Shown: positions 39,164 to 48,589, numbered from the stretch's first letter. The stretch: 64,000 nt of DNA from an uncultured Bacilli bacterium (GCA_934086485.1 CAKOIF010000002.1:33953-97952), one strand, 5' to 3'. A program made the numbers and translations. The notes: generated by a model not told the origin, from the sequence alone.

Positions 39164-39335
39164 AAAAAGTTCCAAAAATATATAAACTTTAATATTACTT
39201 TAACAAATTTATTCGGAAATGTCTTTATTTTTATCCTTTTGAAATATATAATGTCGAATTTTGTCATGCGATTTATTTACTAAAAATGCCTTAAATACTT
39301 GTTTTGAAATTAATAGTGGTATAAACTTAGAAATA
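39164..39335 (+). repeat. copy 1 of a ~170-nt duplicated leader/promoter region
   Basis: Near-identical to 40196-40368, with a few substitutions and 1-nt indels; ends just before the RBS of the KilA-N gene. Confidence 0.85.
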
Positions 39336-39347
39336 AGTGAGGTAAAA

Positions 39348-40151
39348 ATGACAGAATTAACAGTTTTAGATCAAAAGATTTCTTATTTTAAAATAGAGGA
39401 TGAAGATTATATTTCAATTACAGATATGCTTAAATCTAAAGATGGCAATTTCTTTGTATCTGATTGGTTAAGAAACAGAAATACTATTGAATTTTTGGGT
39501 ATTTGGGAAGAAATTCATAATCCTAATTTTAATTATGGCAAATTTGCCATAATTAAAAGTCAAGCAGGTTTAAATAGTTATAAAATTAGTGTTAAAGAAT
39601 GGGTTGAAAAAACAAATGCAATTGGAATAATGTCAAAAGCAGGGCGATATGGTGGAACTTATGCACATAAAGATATTGCATTTGAATTCGGTATGTGGAT
39701 TAGTCCAAAGTTTAAATTATTGCTTATTAAAGAATTTGAAAGATTAAAATCAGAGGAACAAAGACAAATTGGATGGAATGCAAAAAGAGAACTATCAAAA
39801 ATAAATTATAGAATACATACAGATGCAATTAAGCAAAATTTAATTCCTGCTAAATTAACTAAAGAACAAATTAATTATATTTATGCCGAAGAAGCTGATG
39901 TTTTAAATATGGCATTATTTGGTATGACTGCAAAACAATGGAGAAATAAGAATTTAAATTTAGTCGGAAATATTAGAGATTATGCTACTATAAACGAGTT
40001 AATATGTTTAGTAAATTTGGAAAATCTTAACTCAGTTTTTATTAGTGATGGATTAAAACAATCCGAAAGACTAATAAGATTAAATCAAATTGCTATTTCA
40101 CAAATGCAAATTCTTAATGGAAGTGATATAAAATATTTAAATGGAGTATGA
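39348..40151 (+). CDS. KilA-N domain DNA-binding protein
   Basis: ISITDMLKSKDGNFFVSDWLRNRNTIEFLGIWE...GGTYAHKDIAFEFGMWISPKFKL matches the KilA-N pattern; GAGG RBS before ATG 39348. Confidence 0.8.
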   Translation: MTELTVLDQKISYFKIEDEDYISITDMLKSKDGNFFVSDWLRNRNTIEFLGIWEEIHNPNFNYGKFAIIKSQAGLNSYKISVKEWVEKTNAIGIMSKAGRYGGTYAHKDIAFEFGMWISPKFKLLLIKEFERLKSEEQRQIGWNAKRELSKINYRIHTDAIKQNLIPAKLTKEQINYIYAEEADVLNMALFGMTAKQWRNKNLNLVGNIRDYATINELICLVNLENLNSVFISDGLKQSERLIRLNQIAISQMQILNGSDIKYLNGV

Positions 40152-40195
40152 CTCTAGTAACGCAAATAATTAAAAAATTATAGATATAGGAATTG

Positions 40196-40368
40196 AAAAA
40201 GTTCCAAAAAATATATAAACTTTAATATTACTTTAACAAATTTATTCGGAAATGTCTTTATTTTATTGCTTTTGAAATATGTAATGTCGAATTTTGTCAT
40301 GCGATTTATTTATTAAAAATGCCTTAAATACTTGTTTAAAAAACAGTAGTGTTATAAACTTAGAAATA
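40196..40368 (+). repeat. copy 2 of the ~170-nt duplicated leader/promoter region
   Basis: See 39164-39335; ends before the RBS of gene 40389-41159. Confidence 0.85.
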
Positions 40369-40388
40369 TCTAAAGGAGAAATAAATAT

Positions 40389-41159
40389 ATGGACAACACA
40401 GAAATTAATGGTTATCAAAATGAGATAATGTTTGCAAAAAATTTAAATGGTAAAAAGATTAAACATCTTTATCCAAATCTACAAGATTTGGTAATTGAAT
40501 TATTCGGTTTTGTCAATTTTAATTCAATTATTTATAGTTGGGTTGATTTTTCAAAGAAGAAATATGATATTATAATAAAACTTGATGAAAATATTAAAAG
40601 AATAAGTATAAAGAAGGGAATCAATAATTCTGTTCATACGGAAGGTATATCTTCATTTATACATTTCTTAATTGAAAATAAAGTTCCAAAAGATATTATA
40701 TATAAATACTTAAGATATCATTATTCAGATGGAACCACAAATGGTAAAGGAAAGGTTAGAATGAGTTCTATGGAATATAAAGAAACTCATTTACAAGACA
40801 TCGAAGACATAAATAAATGTTTTAGTAATAGAAAACTTCTTAAAAAATGTATATATAGGTTTATACTTCAAGGGAATAATTCGGATGAGGCTATCGATGG
40901 TATTATCTATGGGGTAGTTGATGATTTTTTATTTATTTCAAGCGGAGATGTTTTAAAAATACTTTTAAAACATTCTGAGGATTATCATAATGGTGTACAT
41001 TTTAGTGATTTATTTTGCCAAGCAAAAGCAAAAAACTTAAATAATAATCCCAAACATGAAAAAGATAGATATTGTGTTCAAGTAAAATGGTTTAATTTAT
41101 TTGATTGTATACTAGAAAGTAATTATGATAAAAATATTGAAAAACAAAATATAAAATAA
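40389..41159 (+). CDS. hypothetical protein, possible PD-(D/E)xK-type (MspI/HinP1I/HpaII-like) nuclease fold
   Basis: KKYDIIIKLDENIKRISIKKG resembles the D-X(n)-(S/Q/N)-x-K motif of that restriction enzyme group; no methyltransferase adjacent. Confidence 0.4.
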   Translation: MDNTEINGYQNEIMFAKNLNGKKIKHLYPNLQDLVIELFGFVNFNSIIYSWVDFSKKKYDIIIKLDENIKRISIKKGINNSVHTEGISSFIHFLIENKVPKDIIYKYLRYHYSDGTTNGKGKVRMSSMEYKETHLQDIEDINKCFSNRKLLKKCIYRFILQGNNSDEAIDGIIYGVVDDFLFISSGDVLKILLKHSEDYHNGVHFSDLFCQAKAKNLNNNPKHEKDRYCVQVKWFNLFDCILESNYDKNIEKQNIK

Positions 41160-41258
41160 AGTAGATGCAGATTTATTATTCAAGATATTTATGTATTATA
41201 AAAAAACAAGATTTCTTTGATATTTTCAAGCTAATGATGGGTGTGGTCCAATAAAAAA

Positions 41259-41288
41259 ACTATGTCTTTAAAACATAGTATTCTTTTT
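41259..41288. terminator. bidirectional terminator
   Basis: ACTATGT/ACATAGT stem with an A-run upstream and a T-run downstream. Confidence 0.6.
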
Positions 41289-41292
41289 AAAT

Positions 41293-41366
41293 TGGAGCAG
41301 ATTAGGAGAATCGAACTCCCATCATTAGCTTGGAAGGCTAAGGTTCTACCATTAAACTAAATCTGC
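41293..41366 (-). tRNA. tRNA-Gly (anticodon UCC)
   Basis: Minus-strand cloverleaf: GCAGATT acceptor, anticodon loop CTTCCAA, T-arm GGGAG-TTCGATT-CTCCT, CCA end. Upstream promoter is TTGCAA followed by TGATATAAT. Confidence 0.9.
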
Positions 41367-41510
41367 ATCAACCGACTATTTTATAAATATTTTTCTTTAT
41401 CAATCGCCTGACAAGAAATATTATATCATATTTTTGTAGTATTGCAAGTAAATATTGTTAAAAATTTTCAAATGTGATAATATTATTCTTATAGGAAAGT
41501 AGTTGGTTAT

Positions 41511-42389
41511 ATGCAAAAAAGAAAATTATTTATAGATAGAAAAGATGGTAAAAGAGTAGAAAATGTAAGTGGACTATCACAAATAAGTATTGACCTTAAG
41601 CCAAGAAGATGTGATAGTGATGTATATATTAACCAAAAAGTTGATGTTACTAATTTAGTGGAATATATAAATAAAAGAAAATCCGATGGAATTGAACTTT
41701 CATATTTTCATGCATTTGTAACAGCATTAGGAAAAGTTATATATAATAGAGAAAAATTAAATTATTTTGTTGCTAATAGACATATATATAAGCATAACGA
41801 TTTAACAATTTCCTTTGTTGCAAAATTAGAATTTACAGATAAAAGCGAAGAAATAATGGTCATTTTACCAATTAAAGAAAATGACAATATTATTTCTTTG
41901 TCAAACAAAATTAGGGAGAAAGTAAGTGTTATTCGACATGGTAATGAAGAAAAAGTTGGTGCAAATAAAGCAATAGATATACTTGGAAATTTACCAAATA
42001 TTTTAAGAGTCCCAATAGTTGGAATATTTAAGTGGTGTGATAGACATGGAGTGCTTCCTTCATCACTTACAAAAGACAATATTTACTATAGTAGTATGAT
42101 TGTATCAAATCTTGGTTCAATTAAATGTGGGGCAATATATCATAATATTAATGATTTTGGTACTTGTTCTACACTTGCTACCATGGGAGAAATTAAGGAT
42201 GAAGTAGTTGTGATTAATGGGAAAGAAGAGGTTCGTAAAATAGTTGAATTTGGTGTTAATATAGATGAAAGAATTGCTGATGGGTATTATTTTGCAAAAT
42301 CAATTAAATTACTAGAATATATTTTAAATAACCCTAAACTATTGGAGGATAATATAAATGAAAAAATCGAAAATGTTGAAATTAGATAA
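41511..42389 (+). CDS. 2-oxoacid dehydrogenase E2-type acyltransferase catalytic-domain homolog with His to Glu in the active-site motif
   Basis: C-terminal NIDERIADGYYFAKSIKLL against the canonical DHRxxDG; stand-alone catalytic domain with no lipoyl domain. Confidence 0.7.
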   Translation: MQKRKLFIDRKDGKRVENVSGLSQISIDLKPRRCDSDVYINQKVDVTNLVEYINKRKSDGIELSYFHAFVTALGKVIYNREKLNYFVANRHIYKHNDLTISFVAKLEFTDKSEEIMVILPIKENDNIISLSNKIREKVSVIRHGNEEKVGANKAIDILGNLPNILRVPIVGIFKWCDRHGVLPSSLTKDNIYYSSMIVSNLGSIKCGAIYHNINDFGTCSTLATMGEIKDEVVVINGKEEVRKIVEFGVNIDERIADGYYFAKSIKLLEYILNNPKLLEDNINEKIENVEIR

Positions 42390-44085
42390 AAAATTAAGAC
42401 CTTGGCTTAAATATTATGGAGATGTTCCTGCGAATATGGAATATCCAAACTTCTCTATGGTTGATTTAATTATAGAGGCATCAGAAAAATATCCTAATAA
42501 TATGGCGTATTCATACTATGGTAGCAAGGTTTCATATAAAGAATTTGTCGTTAGAATTAAAAGATGTGCAAAAGCCTTAAAAAACTATGGTGTAAAAGAG
42601 GGCGACAATGTTACTATTTGTATGCCAAATACTCCAGAGGGTATAACGATGGTTTATGCTGTTAATATGATTGGAGCAATTTGCAATATGGTTCATCCAC
42701 TTTCAAGTGAAAAAGAACTTGAATTTTATATAAATGCAGCAAATAGTAAATATATTCTAGTTATAGATGCCGTATTTGATAAAATACTTAAGTTAAAAGA
42801 TAAAACTAATTTAAAAAGAATTATTATTGCAAGAGCCTCTGAAGATATGAGTTTACCTCTTGCGGGTATATATTGGGTATTAAATGGAAGAAAGTATAAG
42901 ATTCCTAAAGATGATAAAGTTATTGTTATGTGGGAAGACTTTATAAATGGTTCAAAAAATTATCAAGGAGATTATTATATTACAAGAAAAGCTTATGACC
43001 CAGCGGTTATTCTTTATAGTGGCGGTACAACTGGTAGTCCTAAAGGTATTTTGTTATCAAATTTAAATTTTAATGCACTTGCAATAGATTGTACAGCTGT
43101 AATTAGACAAGCACAGCCAGGTGCAACAATATTGTCTGTTCTTCCAATATTTCACGGTTTTGGTTTAGGAGTATGTATTCATACACCACTTTCAAAAGGT
43201 ATGGGAGTTATTTTGATTCCATCATTCAGTGCTAAAAAGTTTGGCGATATAATCCGTAAAAATCAACCAAATTTTATAGTGGGAGTTCCAACTCTTTATG
43301 AAGCATTAATTGAAAGCAATGTTGGACCTAATGAACTTAGGTGTGTAAAATCTGTTATATGCGGAGGCGACGCTCTTAATAGTACGCTTCGTGACAAGGT
43401 AAATGACTTTTTATACGAACATGGTTCAGACGCAAAAATTAGAGTAGGTTATGGACTTACTGAAGGAACGGGGGCTTGTTGTCTTTCTCCAGAAAATATA
43501 TTTAATGATGGAATAGTGGGTATGCCACTTCCAGATATGTATTTTAAAATAGTGATTCCAGATACACATGAAACTGCTCCAGTTAATGAGGATGGTGAAA
43601 TCTGTATTTCAGGTCCACTTGTAATGATGGGGTATTTAAATGATGATGCTGAAACTATGCAAGCCTTAAGATATCATGAAGATGGAAGATTATGGCTTCA
43701 TACTGGTGATGTAGGTTATCTTGGCGAAGATGGACTAATTTATTTTTCTCAAAGAATTAAAAGAATTATTGTATCAAGTGGTTATAATGTTTATCCAACT
43801 TATCTTGAGTCTATTATCAATACTCATGAAGCAGTGTTAACTTCAACTGTTATTGGTATACCGCATCCATATAAGGGACAAGTTGCAAAAGCTTTTGTTG
43901 TTTTAAAAGATGGTTATAAAGATAAAGGAAAGATAGAAAAAGAAATAAGAGAAATAATGCAAAAAAATGTTGCTAAATATTCACTTCCATATGAGTATGA
44001 ATTTAGGGATAAACTTCCTAAAACACTAGTAGGAAAAGTTGCATTTAAGGAACTTGAAAATGAAGAAAGAAAAAAAAGACAATAA
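42358..44085 (+). CDS. AMP-dependent acyl-CoA synthetase/ligase
   Basis: AMP-binding motifs YSGGTTGSPKG, GYGLTE, HTGDVG; conserved C-terminal Lys (LVGKV). Confidence 0.9.
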   Translation: MKKSKMLKLDKKLRPWLKYYGDVPANMEYPNFSMVDLIIEASEKYPNNMAYSYYGSKVSYKEFVVRIKRCAKALKNYGVKEGDNVTICMPNTPEGITMVYAVNMIGAICNMVHPLSSEKELEFYINAANSKYILVIDAVFDKILKLKDKTNLKRIIIARASEDMSLPLAGIYWVLNGRKYKIPKDDKVIVMWEDFINGSKNYQGDYYITRKAYDPAVILYSGGTTGSPKGILLSNLNFNALAIDCTAVIRQAQPGATILSVLPIFHGFGLGVCIHTPLSKGMGVILIPSFSAKKFGDIIRKNQPNFIVGVPTLYEALIESNVGPNELRCVKSVICGGDALNSTLRDKVNDFLYEHGSDAKIRVGYGLTEGTGACCLSPENIFNDGIVGMPLPDMYFKIVIPDTHETAPVNEDGEICISGPLVMMGYLNDDAETMQALRYHEDGRLWLHTGDVGYLGEDGLIYFSQRIKRIIVSSGYNVYPTYLESIINTHEAVLTSTVIGIPHPYKGQVAKAFVVLKDGYKDKGKIEKEIREIMQKNVAKYSLPYEYEFRDKLPKTLVGKVAFKELENEERKKRQ

Positions 44086-44671
44086 TATTTTATATTACAT
44101 AATTAGACCATTTTTAAAAGTCATTTTTGTTCTTATTATGAAACCAACTGTTGTTCATAAAGATAGACTTCCAAAAGGTGGTTATTTATATGCGGGAACT
44201 CATACAAGCTATTTTGATGCGTTTGAACTAGGATATACTACAAAAAAGTGTGTTCATTATTTAGCAAAAATTGAACTATTCAAATCAAAATTAGGAAATT
44301 TTTTCTTTCGTAGTACCGGAGCTATTCCAGTAGATAGAAAAAATAAAAATCCTGAAGCAAAAAATGAGGCAATTCAAAAATTAAAAGAGGATAAAGTAGT
44401 TTGCATTTTTCCTGAGGGAACAATAAACAAAACAAAAGATGATATTATGCCATTTAAATATGGGGCCGTATCAATAGCTAGAAAATCTGGTAAACCAATA
44501 GTTCCATTTGCTATTGTAGGAAAACCTAAGCCATTTAATTATAAAACAAAAATAATTATAGGAAAGCCTTTCTATGTTACAACAGATGATTTTGTAAAAG
44601 AAACCGAAAAGTTAGAAAAAAAAGTAATAGATTTAATTAAGGAGGGAAAAAGTTATGAAAGAAAAGCATAA
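44060..44671 (+). CDS. 1-acyl-sn-glycerol-3-phosphate acyltransferase family protein
   Basis: HX4D motif (GTHTSYFD), FPEGT motif; ATG 44060 preferred over TTG 44039. Confidence 0.85.
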   Translation: MKKEKKDNNILYYIIRPFLKVIFVLIMKPTVVHKDRLPKGGYLYAGTHTSYFDAFELGYTTKKCVHYLAKIELFKSKLGNFFFRSTGAIPVDRKNKNPEAKNEAIQKLKEDKVVCIFPEGTINKTKDDIMPFKYGAVSIARKSGKPIVPFAIVGKPKPFNYKTKIIIGKPFYVTTDDFVKETEKLEKKVIDLIKEGKSYERKA

Positions 44672-45485
44672 AATTTTATACACAATAAATAAATATTTAC
44701 TCGGAGGATTTTTCTTAGCGTATTATAGACCAAAATTTGAAAATAAACATTTAGTGCCAAAGGATGGCCCAATAATATTATGTGGAAACCATGTTCATTT
44801 ATTTGATCAATGTTTGCCAATATTATCTACGAAAAGAATGCTTCATTATATGGCAAAAAAGGAATACTTTGATAGCCCATTTGCTTTCTTTTTTAAAGCC
44901 AGTGGTTGCATTCCGGTTGATAGAAGTATTCATGACGATAATGCCAAGTCATCAGCAATTGGGGTATTAAATGAGGGATATGCTTTAGGTATTTATCCTG
45001 AGGGAACTAGAAACTCTTTGGCATGCAAAAATGATAAATTAAAAGAAATGTATGAATTTGTAAACGGAGAAATTCCTTTTAAAAAGTTTAAAAAAATTAT
45101 GAAAAAGGATATGGTAAAAGTATCACAAACTGATTTACTTTTAAAGCTACTTTCAGAAAATAAAATTACTAAAGATGATATTAAAAATAATATTTATAGA
45201 GTTAATGAATATCTTTTAGAACTTGAAAGTGCAAATATTATTACAAGTAATGAGTATTACGATAGTTTGCTACTTCCTTTAAAGTATGGAGCTGTATCAA
45301 TGGCACAAAAAACTGGTGCTATCGTTGTTCCTTATGCAATAACTGGAAAATATAGATTTTCTAAAAATAATTTAAAAGTAACATTTTTAAAACCTTTTAC
45401 AGTTGCCTCAACAGATGATTTAACTGAAAAAAATAATCAATTATCCACTGAAATAAAAGATGAATTATTAAAATATAGCAAGTAA
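44655..45485 (+). CDS. PlsC-family acyltransferase with ~90-aa insertion
   Basis: HX4D motif (NHVHLFD), YPEGTRN motif, then an insertion before the final conserved block. Confidence 0.7.
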   Translation: MKEKHKILYTINKYLLGGFFLAYYRPKFENKHLVPKDGPIILCGNHVHLFDQCLPILSTKRMLHYMAKKEYFDSPFAFFFKASGCIPVDRSIHDDNAKSSAIGVLNEGYALGIYPEGTRNSLACKNDKLKEMYEFVNGEIPFKKFKKIMKKDMVKVSQTDLLLKLLSENKITKDDIKNNIYRVNEYLLELESANIITSNEYYDSLLLPLKYGAVSMAQKTGAIVVPYAITGKYRFSKNNLKVTFLKPFTVASTDDLTEKNNQLSTEIKDELLKYSK

Positions 45486-45498
45486 TTGTTATATTTTT

Positions 45499-46134
45499 TT
45501 ATATTAAGTATGAAATATCAAATCCAATATAAACTAAAATTGCAATTGCAATAGTTTTGGAGTACATTAAATTTGTTTCATTTGTATTTAGATGATATAA
45601 ATTATATTCATACTCAAAAGTTTTATTAAATCTATCTATTTCATATGTACCTTTATTCCCAATAGTAATGATATTTTTATATTTTTTTCTAAATATTTTA
45701 CTATATTTTTCATCATTATTTAATATTAAAACCTCTTTAACTTTTTTTATTTCCTTTAGAACATATTTAGTGTCATCTCCAATAAATGAACAAATACTCA
45801 TTATATTATAGCCAAACCCCTTTAATAAATTATTTTTAATATGACTATTATTAATGCATATTATTAGATATTTAACATCTTTTTCTTTTGCATTTTTTAA
45901 AATGTTATTTATAATTTCATAATTTAAATTATTATTTAACTTATAATATTTTTTATTTATATAATAACCATTATTTTTAAGAAGTAATACTTTCTCATTA
46001 CTTTTAATTAGATTTTTATATACAATATGGGCAATTTCATTTTTATATTTGTAGCCCATAATTAATATAATTTTAAAATTTTTAGCAAGTTTTTTATTCT
46101 CTTTTATTAATTTTTTATCTATCAAAATTATCAC
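45499..46134 (-). CDS. degenerate Mur-ligase (MurE-like) central-domain homolog, catalytic motifs eroded
   Basis: Block order parallels the MurE middle domain (IILIMGYKYKNE for ITGTNGKTT; ICINNSH for EVSSH; LILNNDE; NLMYSKTIAIA for NVYNALAA), but the P-loop is lost. Confidence 0.4.
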   Translation of the reverse strand: MIILIDKKLIKENKKLAKNFKIILIMGYKYKNEIAHIVYKNLIKSNEKVLLLKNNGYYINKKYYKLNNNLNYEIINNILKNAKEKDVKYLIICINNSHIKNNLLKGFGYNIMSICSFIGDDTKYVLKEIKKVKEVLILNNDEKYSKIFRKKYKNIITIGNKGTYEIDRFNKTFEYEYNLYHLNTNETNLMYSKTIAIAILVYIGFDISYLI

Positions 46135-46230
46135 CTTAATAAATTATAGTGAAAAGAAAGTGTAAAATTACACAAAAAATAAAGTTTTTTATTTATTTTT
46201 AAGGTATAATATGTATAAAGGTGATGTAGT

Positions 46231-47223
46231 ATGTTAATACTTGCTAAAGCTGCAATGGCTTTAATGTTAGGTTTTGTTTGTGCAATTATATGTGGAGTTA
46301 TTCTTATTCCATTTTTAAAAAAGTTTCATATTGGTCAAAGTGTAAGTGATACAATATCTGAAAGACATAAGTTAAAAGAGGGTACTCCGACTATGGGAGG
46401 AATAATATTTATAATTCCGGTTATACTTGGTTTAATATATTTATTTATTACGAAAAGCATTTCTTCGAGTTATAATTTAGCAATACTTTTATTTGTATTT
46501 CTTTCTTATGCACTTCTTGGTTTTGTTGATGACTATCTAAAGGTAAAAAAACATAATAATGGTGGCCTTTCTATAGTAACTAAATTTATGTGTCAAATGT
46601 TTATTGCTTTAGTTTTCTTCTTTCTATTTATGAAAAGTGGGGGAAGTACAACTTTAAGATTTTCTTTATTACACATTAATATTCCTTTAGGGTGGACATT
46701 TGGTTTATTTATTTTCTTACTTCTTGTTGGTATGGCTAATGCAGTTAATATTTCAGATGGTCTTGATGGTTTGTGCGGAGGTCTTTCTGCAATTGCATTT
46801 CTTGCTTATGGTATAATTGCTTGGAATTGTGGCTGGCTTGAGGGATATCAAGAAATTGCCATTTTCTCATTTATCTTAGTGGGTGCTTTAATAGGATTTT
46901 TAATGTATAATTCACATCCCGCTAAAGTGTTTATGGGAGATCTTGGTTCACTTTCTTTAGGTGGAGCACTTGCTACTATTGCAATATTAACTAGACATGA
47001 ACTTTCTTTATTTTTAATTGGTGGAGTATTTATTATTGAGGCTGCATCTTCATTAATTCAAATTATTGCTATTAGAAAGTTTAATAAGAAGATATTTAAA
47101 AAAGCACCACTTCATCATCATTTCGAGGAATTAAATTGGGAAGAAACTGATATTGTTAAATTATTTTGGACTGTTGGTTTAATATTTGCTATGATAGCAA
47201 TAACTTATGGTGTATGGTTATAA
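46231..47223 (+). CDS. mraY: phospho-N-acetylmuramoyl-pentapeptide transferase
   Basis: 10-TM protein with MraY motifs (KxGTPTMGG, DDxxK, NxxNxTDGLDGL, HHHFE). Confidence 0.95.
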   Translation: MLILAKAAMALMLGFVCAIICGVILIPFLKKFHIGQSVSDTISERHKLKEGTPTMGGIIFIIPVILGLIYLFITKSISSSYNLAILLFVFLSYALLGFVDDYLKVKKHNNGGLSIVTKFMCQMFIALVFFFLFMKSGGSTTLRFSLLHINIPLGWTFGLFIFLLLVGMANAVNISDGLDGLCGGLSAIAFLAYGIIAWNCGWLEGYQEIAIFSFILVGALIGFLMYNSHPAKVFMGDLGSLSLGGALATIAILTRHELSLFLIGGVFIIEAASSLIQIIAIRKFNKKIFKKAPLHHHFEELNWEETDIVKLFWTVGLIFAMIAITYGVWL

Positions 47224-47258
47224 AGGTTACAAAAGTAATCTTTTTTATTTAATTAAAA

Positions 47259-47357
47259 TGACATATTCCGTAAAATATGCATTAAAAAAACTGACATATT
47301 CCATAAAAAATATATTAAAAACACTGACAAATTCCAAAGTCATAAAAAAAGAAGAAT
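47259..47357. repeat. three tandem 33-nt repeats in convergent intergenic region
   Basis: Units begin TGACATATTCCG / TGACATATTCCA / TGACAAATTCCA at 47259, 47292 and 47325. Confidence 0.8.
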
Positions 47358-48589
47358 CATTTTCTTCTTAATTTACGATATATTTTTAACATAATAGGTA
47401 GCATTTTATTAATAAATGGTTTATTTACTATATCATATTCACCTACAAATTCTGTATAAGTACCACCCATTTTTCTTTTGTATTCGTGTATTCCGTTATA
47501 ATTTTTTTCTTTTGTACCAGGATCTCCACATGTACCAAATAAATCTAAAAATTCACAGTTTTTTTCACTTGCAATTTTCATTGCTTCATAATATGAACGA
47601 TTAACTGCAAAAGTATATGTTGCAAGACTATTATTTCCAATGTATAATGTCCACATTTGATTATTAATTATAGGACAAATAAGTATTAGTGAAACTATTC
47701 CATTTTCATTTCCTTTATATTCTAAAAATACCTCAATATCTTTTTTTAACCTTGCAATAATATTATTAGTATCAGCCATTTTCTTTTCAGGTATTTCTTT
47801 GTTTGCCACTTTTGTTTCTAAATCTTTTAATTCATCTTCAGCCTTTTTAAGAAGCTTGTCAGGATAAATTTTAATTGTTATGTTTATACTTTTTCCACCT
47901 TGAGTCATAAACTTATCATAATCTTCATAAAACTTTTTAGGGTAACCGTTAAAGTTATCTCTATTAGCAATATCTTTCATTAAATTATAAAATGTATCAT
48001 TATTATAATCATTTGTAATTTCTAAATCATAATTATAACTTCTTTTTATTGTTTTTAAATAAGTTTTATTCATACTTTTTTCTATTTCTTCGATAGGCTT
48101 TTTAGTATCTATTCTAAATGTAAATCTAGGTTGATTTGCTTCGAATAATTTTGTATAACCTTTAAAACTATATCCTAGCTCTAATAAATAATCATGAAAC
48201 CATTCATTATTAATACCCTCTTTTAAAGGCTGGGCTTTTTCATCTAATGTATGAAGGACGACTCCTGGGTCCATCTTAAAGTATATACCATTATTTTCCT
48301 TTAAGTAAGATTTTATTGCTATAGAAAAATCTTTAATTAATGATTTATCATTAAAATCTAATACTGGTCCTCTTGGTGCATAATAATACTTTAATTTAAA
48401 GGGCATTTCTTTAACAAAACATAAACAAATACCTTTTAAGTTATCATTATCTTTTAAACCTAGATATAACGGCTTTAAACCTTTACCTTTACAGGCTTCT
48501 CCCCACTCATAACACTGCATAAAATGTGTATAACTTGATTTATCAAAAAAATCCTTATATTCTTTTTCATTTATTTCAACTATTTTCAT
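47357..48589 (-). CDS. FemAB-family peptidoglycan interpeptide-bridge aminoacyltransferase
   Basis: 410 aa; FemAB layout with a coiled-coil insertion (KLLKKAEDELKDLETKVANKE); N-terminus FMQCYEWGE. Confidence 0.85.
   Translation of the reverse strand: MKIVEINEKEYKDFFDKSSYTHFMQCYEWGEACKGKGLKPLYLGLKDNDNLKGICLCFVKEMPFKLKYYYAPRGPVLDFNDKSLIKDFSIAIKSYLKENNGIYFKMDPGVVLHTLDEKAQPLKEGINNEWFHDYLLELGYSFKGYTKLFEANQPRFTFRIDTKKPIEEIEKSMNKTYLKTIKRSYNYDLEITNDYNNDTFYNLMKDIANRDNFNGYPKKFYEDYDKFMTQGGKSINITIKIYPDKLLKKAEDELKDLETKVANKEIPEKKMADTNNIIARLKKDIEVFLEYKGNENGIVSLILICPIINNQMWTLYIGNNSLATYTFAVNRSYYEAMKIASEKNCEFLDLFGTCGDPGTKEKNYNGIHEYKRKMGGTYTEFVGEYDIVNKPFINKMLPIMLKIYRKLRRK

Noticed and set aside
39166-39193. 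dif/Xer-like site (AAGTTCCAAAAATATATAAACTTTAATA) at the start of the duplicated leader, suggesting an IMEX-type cassette
   Set aside because: The left arm and TATATA centre resemble Firmicute dif, but the conserved XerD arm (TTATGTAAACT) is absent and the arms are not proper inverted repeats.
47259-47357. Tandem repeat arrays (also 56794-56889 and 61031-61130) as CRISPR arrays
   Set aside because: The units are contiguous with no unique spacers, there are only 2-3 copies, the repeat cores are not palindromic, and no cas genes are in the window.
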